DNA of 64,000 nucleotides from a bacterium (GTDB taxonomy: Bacteria > Margulisbacteria > Marinamargulisbacteria > JABIPA01): the NCBI GenBank assembly GCA_018698675.1, contig JABIPA010000023.1, positions 37,409-101,408 of the forward strand, in the 5' to 3' direction. The notes beneath the pieces are model-generated. The model searched no databases. It was not told where the DNA came from and saw only the letters and a program-made list of their open reading frames with translations. Positions 20,590 through 29,995 of this stretch are shown here, piece by piece; the stretch's first letter is position 1; each line of letters begins with the position of its first letter. Position numbers and translations under genes: made by a program.

Positions 20590-20778
20590 AGGTTTGAGTT
20601 CCTTTCATAGTTCCTAGATTTTCTAGTGAATAAATTATTTAAATTTTGGATTTCACTATCAAGATTAGAATATAGAAGTAGAAGGATAGAATTAAAGCAT
20701 TAATTTATTTCGTTTGTATTAAGCCATTTAGAGGGTGGTAATGATTGGACTAGAATTCGATAATTTTTAGGAGATCAA

Positions 20779-23034
20779 ATGATTTTTTCTATGGTACAAT
20801 TGATTTTCGTTCACTTTTTAAGTAAAAATATAAATATGACAATTAAAAAATTTAAACAACTGATTGACTCTTTTTTTAACGTGATGTTCTTCCTTTTAGC
20901 AATTGGAACGCCTCTGCTTTTCACATCCTTAACGAGATCTGTTTTCGAAGTTAACAAACTACTATTGTTACGCGTAATTGAACTATTAGTTATTTTTGTA
21001 TGGTTTTTTAAATATTTGGTGTTGAAGGCTAATGATGAAGATAACAATGAAGAATCAAGTCTAATATTCGGAATTTTTAGGTGGAAACGAACGGGGTTTG
21101 AATTAGGGTTTGGAATTTGGCTTTTAGTAAATATAGTTTCGACTGTTGTATCTCAAAATATAATAATAAGTATAATTGGTTCTTATGATAGATGGGAAGG
21201 GATTATCACCACCATAAATTATATTGTTTTGTTTTTTATGATTGCAAAAAATATTCATTTAAAAAGTAGCTTTTTTTGGGTAATAGGGGGAATAATTGGC
21301 TCAACGGCGTTATCCTCTATTTATGGTGTGTGTCAGAGTTTAGGATGGGATTTTATGAATTGGAGTCAGGATCCTACGTTTAGGGTCTTTGCGTGTATTA
21401 ACAATCCTGTTCATTACTGTGCTTATGTAAGTATGGTTGTTCCAATTGGAGTTGGCTTGAATTTATATTTGAGCTCTATTAAAGGTATAAAGTCTAGATT
21501 TTCAATATTGACCAGATGTTTGGCTGCTTTTTTTTCTGTGTTAGTTATTATTAGTTATTATTACCTCGCAGTCGCTGGTTTTATATCTGGTTCTGTTTCT
21601 ACCATTGTTTTTACAACCTTTATAATTGTGTGTCTTTATCTAATGGGCTTAGACATCAGGTGGTTAGTTTTTATATCTACTTCTTTAATTTACTATACTC
21701 AGTTTTTATCTTTTTCTAGAGCAACGTGGTTAGGTTTTATTGGTGTTATGCCAATATTTTATTTGATGGCTACACAGTTGTTAGCAAAGAAATCTAAAAC
21801 GTTATATATAGCGGATTTCTTTTTTACAAGTATTGCTGTGGCTAGTTACGTTCTTTATGATATTTTTCAAGTTCAGGAAACAAAACCATATCTTGGTATT
21901 GCATTAATATTAATTCTTTCGGTTTGGGTATTTGTATCCTATTTTAAATTTGATATAAACGATCAAAATGAAGAAAGTATAAAGTATGTAGAGAAAAATA
22001 TGTCTAGTGAAGAGGCTAGTGATTCTTTAACTGATACTTCTTTGAAAAAAAATAGGATTGGAAACATATTTCAAAACTTTGCTGAAAAAACGATAGATCC
22101 AAAATATAGTCTTGTTGCTTTGGTATTGTTTGTTGTCGGTTTCTATCTAAACTACATTATGAAATATGACTCTTTTGTTGGAACGTACGTCACGCAACCA
22201 TCAATTTATTTACTTCACATAATGATGACATTCGGTTTGGTATACATTTCACTTTTATCTACAGGAAATTTAAAAGTTGTTATATCAAGATTGTCAATAA
22301 TTGCCATTTTTTCCAAACTTCAATTCGTAGCAGTAGACCCTAAGTCTGTTCTGCTATATGCATCTCTTTTAGGTATATTTTTTATTACTGGGTTACGGGG
22401 AAATAGGTATGTCGAAAGGGATAAAAAGAAATGGTTAATTTTATTTTTGATTGTTTTCGGATTTGTTATCACAATGCCAAGTATTCCAGGTTATATCGAT
22501 CAATTTGCTGAAGGGAAAAAGCAAGAATCGTTGTTAGTAATGAAAGCCGTTGAAAGTAAAACTGGTAGTTACCAAAAGGACGCTGAGAAAGGGACTGCTC
22601 GTACCTCAATGTGGAAGTCGTCTGTCCCATGGATAAAAGATTATTTATTTTTGGGTTCTGGACCAGATACAATTAAGTACATGTATCCAAAATATAGGCT
22701 TGCTGATTATGGGATTTTGGAAGGCGGACATAATTTTACGCCTGATAGATTGCATAATGAATATTTAAATACACTGGCTTCAAAAGGGGTAATTGGATTT
22801 ATATCATTTTATTTTGGAATCGTTTTATTTTGGTTTGTATTCGTGCTTAAAGATATATATGCTGCGAAAGCAGATCCACTTCGATACTTAAGTATGGGAT
22901 GTGTTGGTGGCGTAGGTATTTATCTTGGACAAGTATTATTTAACTTCGGAGTTGTCGCGACCTTAGTTTTATTTTATCTATTAATGGGTTTAGCCGTTGC
23001 AATTAAGGATATACGAAAAAATGACAATGGATAA
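20779..23034 (+). CDS. O-antigen ligase / O-oligosaccharyltransferase (Wzy_C) family membrane protein
   Basis: Multi-TM; SFSRATWLG, ARTSMW, LGSGPDT, DRLHNEYL, G.IG motifs. Confidence 0.85.
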   Translation: MIFSMVQLIFVHFLSKNINMTIKKFKQLIDSFFNVMFFLLAIGTPLLFTSLTRSVFEVNKLLLLRVIELLVIFVWFFKYLVLKANDEDNNEESSLIFGIFRWKRTGFELGFGIWLLVNIVSTVVSQNIIISIIGSYDRWEGIITTINYIVLFFMIAKNIHLKSSFFWVIGGIIGSTALSSIYGVCQSLGWDFMNWSQDPTFRVFACINNPVHYCAYVSMVVPIGVGLNLYLSSIKGIKSRFSILTRCLAAFFSVLVIISYYYLAVAGFISGSVSTIVFTTFIIVCLYLMGLDIRWLVFISTSLIYYTQFLSFSRATWLGFIGVMPIFYLMATQLLAKKSKTLYIADFFFTSIAVASYVLYDIFQVQETKPYLGIALILILSVWVFVSYFKFDINDQNEESIKYVEKNMSSEEASDSLTDTSLKKNRIGNIFQNFAEKTIDPKYSLVALVLFVVGFYLNYIMKYDSFVGTYVTQPSIYLLHIMMTFGLVYISLLSTGNLKVVISRLSIIAIFSKLQFVAVDPKSVLLYASLLGIFFITGLRGNRYVERDKKKWLILFLIVFGFVITMPSIPGYIDQFAEGKKQESLLVMKAVESKTGSYQKDAEKGTARTSMWKSSVPWIKDYLFLGSGPDTIKYMYPKYRLADYGILEGGHNFTPDRLHNEYLNTLASKGVIGFISFYFGIVLFWFVFVLKDIYAAKADPLRYLSMGCVGGVGIYLGQVLFNFGVVATLVLFYLLMGLAVAIKDIRKNDNG

Positions 23035-24076
23035 TCCCAAAAAAATAGATTTTAAAAGACTTCCTATGATGTGGTCGTTTATTTTGCTTGGCCTTTTTGC
23101 ATTGATGGTTTTAGGAATTGTCGAATTTGTTAAGCCTTTGCGAGCAGAACTAAATTATAGAGATGGGTATTTCCATTTTTTTCATAAACAGTATGATAAA
23201 GCTGTTTTTTCATTACAAAAAGCTGTCGATTATGCTCCTTGGGAAACTCATTATCGGGTGCAGCTTGGAAAATCTTACGAAAAAGCCGCAGAGATTGTTA
23301 CGGATCGTACGCTTAAATTGAAGTTGCTCGAACAAGCTAAACTAGAATATGAACGAATAGTAGAAATTGACGGTAGAAATCCTTGGTATCTAAATAGATT
23401 GGGTGCGATTAATCAGGCCTTTGCAAAAGTAAATACCGAAAAGCAATCTGTGTATTTAGATTTTGCCCATAAATATATAAAAATGGCAGCAGATAATGAT
23501 CGTAATAATCCATTGTTTCAAATGAATATGGCATTTTTTTATCACAAGACTGGTTTTTTTGATAAAGCTGAAAATTATTATAAAAAAGCATTGGCAATCG
23601 ATGTTCGGTTATCAGAGGCTTCTTATAACTATGCCGAACTTTTGTTAAAAAAGGGAGATAGTTTAAATGCCTACCAAATGTACAAAAATGTCTATGATAG
23701 GTCCCCCAATTTTGGAAAAGCGGCAGAGATTCTTGCTGACTTAAGTATTAAGCTTGAAAAGTACAGTGAAACTGAGGTGTTTTTAAAGACAGCGGTTGAA
23801 AAAGATCCGACTAACAAATCAGCGCTCCAAAACTTTATCATTGTTTTGTTTAAATTAAATGAATACCAAAAGGTTGTTGATTTATATGATTTAAATCGAA
23901 ATGTTATTGGTATGGATAATTCCGGTATATATAAGTTGTATGTTCAGTCTTTAATAGATTCAGGTCAGTTGAATCGGGGTAAAGAGGCCTTGGAAGAATA
24001 CATTTCTGTATATCCAGAAAATATAACGGCTAAAAAAGACCTTGAATCACTAACTAATTTTATTCGTACTCATTAG
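23021..24076 (+). CDS. Membrane-anchored tetratricopeptide-repeat protein (start probably ATG 23021)
   Basis: N-terminal TM followed by TPR-like helices (AENYYKKALAIDV, KTAVEKDPTN); AAGGA RBS before 23021; overlaps the ligase stop. Confidence 0.8.
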   Translation: MTMDNPKKIDFKRLPMMWSFILLGLFALMVLGIVEFVKPLRAELNYRDGYFHFFHKQYDKAVFSLQKAVDYAPWETHYRVQLGKSYEKAAEIVTDRTLKLKLLEQAKLEYERIVEIDGRNPWYLNRLGAINQAFAKVNTEKQSVYLDFAHKYIKMAADNDRNNPLFQMNMAFFYHKTGFFDKAENYYKKALAIDVRLSEASYNYAELLLKKGDSLNAYQMYKNVYDRSPNFGKAAEILADLSIKLEKYSETEVFLKTAVEKDPTNKSALQNFIIVLFKLNEYQKVVDLYDLNRNVIGMDNSGIYKLYVQSLIDSGQLNRGKEALEEYISVYPENITAKKDLESLTNFIRTH

Positions 24077-24085
24077 ATTGATCCG

Positions 24086-25345
24086 ATGATTCAAACAACA
24101 GACACCGTACTATTAGCTATAGATAATAAAAGAACTTCAGAACTTTGGTCTGCCTCAGATTCAGTTGAAGAACTTCGAGAGCTATGTGAAAACTTAGGGT
24201 ATTCAATTACAAATATTGAAATTCAAGCTAGAGAAAGACCTCATCCAAAATTTTATGTTGGTTCCGGAAAGTTACAAGAACTGAAAGAGTTATATAAAGA
24301 AAGTAACATTGGTTTATTTGTAACAGATGACGATTTAACCCCTCTTCAACATCGTACCCTAGAAGCCGAATTGGCTGTTAAAGTCATGGATAGAACAGGT
24401 ATTATTTTAGAGATATTTGCCATGAGGGCAAATACTAAGGAAGCTCAGTTACAGGTTGAGTTTGCTCAGCTAACATACTTGAAACCTCGATTAACAAGAA
24501 TGTGGACCCATTTGTCTAGATTGGGCGGTGGAATTGGAACGAAGGGACCTGGTGAAAAGCAACTTGAAGTAGATAAACGTCAGATTCGAAACCGAATGGA
24601 CACTATTAAAGAGAAGTTGCTTAAAATTGAAAAACAAAGGGGCCTCAAAAGAGAACGACGACAGACAACTCCGATTTTGACAGGTTCGATAGTTGGGTAT
24701 ACGAATGCTGGAAAGTCCACTCTTTTGAATAGTATGACTGAGTCAAGTGTCGTCGCAGAAAGTAAATTGTTTGCAACGTTAGATCCTACAACCAAAACTT
24801 TTCGAATACCTAGTAACGAAAAAGTTTTATTGACAGATACAGTAGGTTTTATCCAAAAGCTACCTAATCCTTTAAAGACGTCGTTTAAAGCGACGTTGGA
24901 AGAAATAAACGAGGCTAATTTTATATTACATGTTGTCGATATATCGAACCCAAATTGGGAATCTATGCTAAAAACGTCTGAAGTATTACTAGAGGATCTA
25001 GGCGCGAATAAGATTCCAACTATTTATGTGTTTAATAAGATAGACTTGGTGACAAGTCCTTCTACCTATGACACTATTCATAATTTCCATCCAAATGTCT
25101 GTGTTTCTGCAAGTAAAAAAGAGTCTCTATCAAAATTATTGGATGCGATTCAAAAGCTGTTGGACGTCTATCAAAAAGAATACGTATTTAGGATTCCTTT
25201 AAATAGAATGGAAATTGTGCACCTTCTTCATCAACATGGGAAAGTGTTAGAAGAGGAATACGAGGAAATCGTGACGATTAAAGTTAAAATTAACAAAATT
25301 ATTGCAGAAAAAATAATGGGACAGCTTGAGAAAAAAAGAGTATAA
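24086..25345 (+). CDS. hflX: Ribosome rescue GTPase HflX
   Basis: GIGTKGPGEKQLE, GYTNAGKST, LFATLDPT, DTVGF, NKID. Confidence 0.97.
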   Translation: MIQTTDTVLLAIDNKRTSELWSASDSVEELRELCENLGYSITNIEIQARERPHPKFYVGSGKLQELKELYKESNIGLFVTDDDLTPLQHRTLEAELAVKVMDRTGIILEIFAMRANTKEAQLQVEFAQLTYLKPRLTRMWTHLSRLGGGIGTKGPGEKQLEVDKRQIRNRMDTIKEKLLKIEKQRGLKRERRQTTPILTGSIVGYTNAGKSTLLNSMTESSVVAESKLFATLDPTTKTFRIPSNEKVLLTDTVGFIQKLPNPLKTSFKATLEEINEANFILHVVDISNPNWESMLKTSEVLLEDLGANKIPTIYVFNKIDLVTSPSTYDTIHNFHPNVCVSASKKESLSKLLDAIQKLLDVYQKEYVFRIPLNRMEIVHLLHQHGKVLEEEYEEIVTIKVKINKIIAEKIMGQLEKKRV

Positions 25346-25356
25346 TTTTTAACTCA

Positions 25357-26223
25357 ATGAATAGAATTAAATGTCTGCAAATTTCCCTCATTTTTTTAGT
25401 TTTATTTAATACTACTTTTTCGCCCCTATTCGCATCAATTGGACGTGCCTATGGAAAATCTAAAGGATTTGCTCTAGTCGAACTTTATACCTCAGAAGGA
25501 TGCAAGTCTTGTCCGAAGGCCGAAAAGTATTTGAATGAATATCTTAATATAGCGAGGCAAAGTAATGTTGATATTATTTGTTTATCGTTCCATGTAAATT
25601 ATTGGGATTATCTTGGTTGGAATGACAAAAATGCAAAGCCTGAATTTACGAATAGACAAATTAACTACGGACAACACTTTGATTCTAATGGTGTTTTTAC
25701 TCCTCAGGTGATTGTAAATGGTCAGGAAACTTATGTTGGAACTCTTCGAAAAAAAATCAAGAAGTCAATTGGCAGAGCGTTAGGAAGAAAAAACAAATCT
25801 AATCTAAATTTTACGTTTTCAAAAGAGTCGGATAATATTGTAATTGATTATAAGTTATCTAAGATTTACGACGATTCACGGTTATATATGGCTATTGTTA
25901 AAGGGCGTGAAAGTGTTGAAATCACCAATGGTGAGAATAAAGGAAAACTATTAAATCATCGGAATGTCGTTAAGAAAATGGTAGATATTAAACCAAATAA
26001 AATGGGGAAGCTTATAATTTCAACTAAATGGCTTCCTAAAATATCTGGGTATTCATTAATTGGATTTTACCAGTCTACAGAAACGCGAGAAATATTTGCA
26101 GCAAATCAAGTCGATGTTTCATTGTATGAGAAACCTATTTCTGTTGAAAGTAAGGATGAAGAATCTGAAGATTCCGACGATAAGAAGATTCCTAATTTTT
26201 CGGCGTCTATAATTGGACTATAA
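25357..26223 (+). CDS. Secreted thioredoxin-like DUF1223 protein
   Basis: Signal peptide; VELYTSEGCKSCP, FHVNYWDYLGW, TPQVIVNG, GENKG...HRNVV. Confidence 0.88.
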   Translation: MNRIKCLQISLIFLVLFNTTFSPLFASIGRAYGKSKGFALVELYTSEGCKSCPKAEKYLNEYLNIARQSNVDIICLSFHVNYWDYLGWNDKNAKPEFTNRQINYGQHFDSNGVFTPQVIVNGQETYVGTLRKKIKKSIGRALGRKNKSNLNFTFSKESDNIVIDYKLSKIYDDSRLYMAIVKGRESVEITNGENKGKLLNHRNVVKKMVDIKPNKMGKLIISTKWLPKISGYSLIGFYQSTETREIFAANQVDVSLYEKPISVESKDEESEDSDDKKIPNFSASIIGL

Positions 26224-26427
26224 ATAAGTTTTTTAAATTTAGGGATGTTTCTTTACATACTCAATCGCATTTTTTTTACTCAAATATTAAAGTTTTTATT
26301 TAACAATGATTAGTCTTGAAAACGATAAACAAAATTCAATTGCATAAAAATATTCGTGGATTTTTCATTAATCCAAATAGGATACTGCCTTCATAAGCTG
26401 GTCTAGGAAGAGAACGATAAAATTAAT

Positions 26428-26580
26428 TTACTTTTTATTTGTAGCTGGCGGTTTGTTAGAAACTTTTTTAACTGCGTTTCCTAAGTTTTCCTTAAGAGCT
26501 TGTTTTTGCATTACGCTATTAAAGCCAAGTTTAGTCATATTGTTTTTAATAAGTCCGGTGAAAGATCGTACTGCTGTCAT
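26428..26580 (-). CDS. Small basic protein, 50 aa (MTAVRSFTGLIKNNMTKLGFNSVMQKQALKENLGNAVKKVSNKPPATNKK)
   Basis: AAGGAG RBS 8 nt upstream of ATG; fills an otherwise empty intergenic gap; below the ORF-track size cutoff. Confidence 0.6.
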   Translation of the reverse strand: MTAVRSFTGLIKNNMTKLGFNSVMQKQALKENLGNAVKKVSNKPPATNKK

Positions 26581-26708
26581 ATTTACATCTCCTTATTATA
26601 CTTAATACCACAATTTCTCTTTAAAAAAACAATGATATTTTGTAATACTTATATATAGACACCATTTAAACATTTAAAATAGGTAATATAATTTGGAAAG
26701 GAATTTCA

Positions 26709-27971
26709 ATGACAATTAAACTAAAATTGCATACGCAGATATTTATAGGGATAGCACTTGGTATTATTTGTGGGCTTTTATTAAAAGAAATGGGACAACC
26801 GTCTTCGATTGACGGAGTAGTTCAAGGTATTAATGTATCAGATAATTTATTCATATCGATGGTTGATTCTATTGGTAAAATATTTGTTCGCTTATTAAAG
26901 ATGATAATCGTTCCCTTAGTATTAGCATCAATTGTGATGGGAATCGTTTCTCTAGGAGACACAAGGCACGTTGGAAAAATTGGGATGCAGACATTTGTTT
27001 TGTTTGTAGTGACTACCTTGATTTCTGTTTCAGTAGGTTTGGTATTTGCCACTACATTGAAACCAGGCTTACATGCAGGTGTATCTGTAGAACAAGTTTC
27101 AGAAACGGCAGTTGCATCGGCACCTTCAATTAGTCAAATTTTGGTTGATATCGTTCCTAGTAATATCTTTGACGCGATGGCAAACACTAGTATGTTGTCA
27201 ATTATTTTCTTTGCTGTGTTGATTGGGTTGGCAATTACATCTTCTGGGGAAAGAGGTCGTCCTCTTTTAGAAATTTTTGACGGTTTAAATCAAGTCATGA
27301 TGAAGGTAACGGATTGGATTATGGCGTTTGCACCGATTGGTGTTTTTGCGCTTTTGACAGGGCTTGTTGCAAAGACAGGCTTAAGTGCTTTTATCCCTTT
27401 AGGTGTTTACATGGGAACCGTTCTTATAGGGCTTTTTGTTCATGCGTTTGTGGTTATGCCTTTACTTTTAATTGTCTTAGGTAGGTATTCGCCAATTAAG
27501 TTGGCCAGAAACATAGTAACGGCGTTGGCTACTTCATTTTCAACCGCAAGTAGTGCGGCAACCCTTCCTATAACAATGGACGGATTAATTAAGAACACAA
27601 AAGTTTCAAATAGAGTTACTAGTTTTGTCATTCCTTTGGGAACCACTATCAACATGGACGGAACGGCTCTGTTTCAAGGTGTTGCCACTGTGTTTTTGGC
27701 TCAAGCCTCAAATGTTTCCTTAGGAGTTCATGAGATGGTCATAATCGCGGTCACTGCTACGCTTGCATCTATCGGAGCCGCTGCTATACCTAGTGCAGGG
27801 ATTGTTACGTTGGCTCTGATTTTGGATGCAGTGGGTGTTCCTATTGGAGGAATCAGTGTTATTCTAACAGTGGATAGAATTTTAGATATGTGTAGAACCA
27901 GTATCAATTTGTGGGGAAACGCCTGTGTTTCCGTAATAGTTGCTAGGTTTCAGGGTGAGGAATTAAAGTAA
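26709..27971 (+). CDS. Dicarboxylate/amino acid:cation symporter (DAACS, GltP-like)
   Basis: FVRLLKMIIVPLV, FSTASSAATLP, PLGTTINMDG, DRILDMCRT. Confidence 0.95.
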   Translation: MTIKLKLHTQIFIGIALGIICGLLLKEMGQPSSIDGVVQGINVSDNLFISMVDSIGKIFVRLLKMIIVPLVLASIVMGIVSLGDTRHVGKIGMQTFVLFVVTTLISVSVGLVFATTLKPGLHAGVSVEQVSETAVASAPSISQILVDIVPSNIFDAMANTSMLSIIFFAVLIGLAITSSGERGRPLLEIFDGLNQVMMKVTDWIMAFAPIGVFALLTGLVAKTGLSAFIPLGVYMGTVLIGLFVHAFVVMPLLLIVLGRYSPIKLARNIVTALATSFSTASSAATLPITMDGLIKNTKVSNRVTSFVIPLGTTINMDGTALFQGVATVFLAQASNVSLGVHEMVIIAVTATLASIGAAAIPSAGIVTLALILDAVGVPIGGISVILTVDRILDMCRTSINLWGNACVSVIVARFQGEELK

Positions 27972-28020
27972 TTTTTATTTTTTTGATTTATGGGCTGGTA
28001 AGAAATTAGGGTGAGGTAAT

Positions 28021-29499
28021 ATGGAAAATTCAAATAAGACAAAGCTTTTTTCAGAAGTAGGTCTAAAAAGTTCGTTTGCTTCTATTTTTGAAAAATCTGA
28101 GTGTTTCGTAATATCAAATATTAACTTGAATTTTCAAAATCAACGTCGGTTTACATTATTTGTTTCAAATGACCTCATTCAATTTATAGAAAAAAAAGTA
28201 TCAGGAGAGACCTACAGTTGGGGTAAGTATTGGGATCAAGATCAAATTTATATGAATAAAACTAAATATGAGAAAGAGACCATAATTCCATTTTTTGGGA
28301 TGTTAGAAACATGTATATATCAAATTATGGGTAAAGACGCCGCTGTGTTTTTTCTTAATGAGTCAAGTGAAACGGTATCTGTTCCAAAAAAACATGAAGA
28401 TATTCAAAATATTGTTTTTCAAGATTTAGTTGAGTTGCCGTTTTCAGTAAATATGGACTTTAAATTAGAAGTTCGTTTTCAAATGCTCCAGAAAGTGTCT
28501 TATTCTTTAAGAAAAGCAAAAAGTTTTCTTGTAGATCGGCCAATTTCATTTAGTGAGATTACTGATGAACCGGCTCCTTTGAATGGACGTATGAATACTC
28601 CTTCGAGCTTGGAATCCATGGGAATTCAGATGTTAGGTGGACTTCGAAATGACAATGGCGTTGGTACCGATGAGTCGTTAAAGATTCTGGAAGAAAAGCC
28701 CGTTTTATTTAATCAATTGGTTGGTCCAAATAAAGAAGAAATAGTGTCTCTTTTTTCGGAGAGAGTGCTTGAAGAGGGCGTTAGTTTATCAAATTTTTTA
28801 AACTTAATAAAAACGTTATATTTGTCTTGGCCAAAAGTAAATGATGATGTTCATTTGTGTGTAAAAACATGTATTGAGTCGCTTTGTAAAAACAGTGATA
28901 GTAGCGTGATAGTACAGGACCTTTTTGAAGGTGGATGGATGATTCCTCAAGCATTAAATTCTTTTTCTTTGGATTACATTCCTCTTTTTGAAAATCTTTT
29001 GAAAAAAAATAAATTAAATGAGTCGGAAAAAGAATTTGTTTCTTTGTTGGCCAATTATATTTTAAGAAGTGAAGACGTGACAATTGTTTCTGAACAGGTG
29101 ATGAATGCCCTTTATTTGTCGGAACATATTGAAGACTCAGTAAAGTTTCGTCCTTGGAAAAAGGGGTTTCTTCATGGGTTTACCCTTTCTGTACGAAAAT
29201 CTACGTTGCTTTCTAAGCTATTAAACAAAAATACCCTTGATTCATTTGACGACCTATCTGAAAACAAAAAGAAAGTAATTGAAATATTAAAGGCCATGTT
29301 GTTTTTAGTCGAAAAGGGTGTAATTGAAAAAATGTCGTTGAGAGGATTTGAAAATTACATTTTTAATATAGATAAAATGTCTTTAGGTCATCTTGACGAG
29401 ACTTTAACTTTAAGTGAATTTTATAGTGAAAATTCAATGACTGATTTTGCTAAATATTATGCCAATCAATTCGATCGTATCGTTGCGGAATACTTTTAA
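28021..29499 (+). CDS. Hypothetical soluble protein, no recognisable family
   Basis: 492-aa ORF with GAGGT RBS; no motif recognised. Confidence 0.75.
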   Translation: MENSNKTKLFSEVGLKSSFASIFEKSECFVISNINLNFQNQRRFTLFVSNDLIQFIEKKVSGETYSWGKYWDQDQIYMNKTKYEKETIIPFFGMLETCIYQIMGKDAAVFFLNESSETVSVPKKHEDIQNIVFQDLVELPFSVNMDFKLEVRFQMLQKVSYSLRKAKSFLVDRPISFSEITDEPAPLNGRMNTPSSLESMGIQMLGGLRNDNGVGTDESLKILEEKPVLFNQLVGPNKEEIVSLFSERVLEEGVSLSNFLNLIKTLYLSWPKVNDDVHLCVKTCIESLCKNSDSSVIVQDLFEGGWMIPQALNSFSLDYIPLFENLLKKNKLNESEKEFVSLLANYILRSEDVTIVSEQVMNALYLSEHIEDSVKFRPWKKGFLHGFTLSVRKSTLLSKLLNKNTLDSFDDLSENKKKVIEILKAMLFLVEKGVIEKMSLRGFENYIFNIDKMSLGHLDETLTLSEFYSENSMTDFAKYYANQFDRIVAEYF

Positions 29500-29511
29500 T
29501 ATAAAAGATTT

Positions 29512-29760
29512 TTAATCGTCATATTCGCGGTATGTAATTTCAAAGTAAAATATTTCCTCCCAGCTTTACCTTCCCCATCCTACAATCTTACTAGGATCCG
29601 GGTTCATTAAGTTCCATTTTTAGTTATCATATTTTTTATTTGCATCTATTAATGAGTCATTCTTTTTTTTCTCTTGTTGTAATTCGATTATCATTTTCGA
29701 ATTGATAATGAGCCTGTAAAAAGATGCCGCCATGTTTCAGCAGAAATGATGGCAAAATCT
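29512..29760 (-). pseudogene. Decayed C-terminal fragment resembling copper type II monooxygenase (PHM/DBH-like C-domain) proteins
   Basis: Hand translation ...KYDN*KWNLMNPDPSKIVGWGR*SWEEIFYFEITYREYDD* resembles YDNSxxNxxNPDPxxxVxWGxQ(S/T)WEEM, with stops at the S and Q positions. Confidence 0.5.
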
Positions 29761-29924
29761 CAAACAGACTTTAAATTGTAATACTTCGAAACCCATTGTG
29801 TTTCATCGTTTAATATAATGATATTTTCATTCCTATAAATATAGTAAAAGGCATAATATTTGTAATTAACAAATTATGTATAAATAGTTGAATTGAGAAA
29901 ACCCAATTATATTATAAAATAAAG

Positions 29925-29952
29925 TGAAATTTTTATTATTTTTATTCGATAA
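29925..29952 (+). promoter_or_regulatory. Putative sigma28-like promoter TGAAATTT-N12-TTCGATAA
   Basis: About 44 nt upstream of ATG 29996; same motif and spacing as 187-214. Confidence 0.5.
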
Positions 29953-29995
29953 TTAAGTAATACCCTATGTAAATGAGGGAAGGGAGAAATTAAAT

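Noticed and set aside
20736-20763. TTCGATAA upstream of the O-antigen ligase gene as another sigma28-like promoter
   Set aside because: No matching upstream box at the required spacing, and it lies too close to the RBS.
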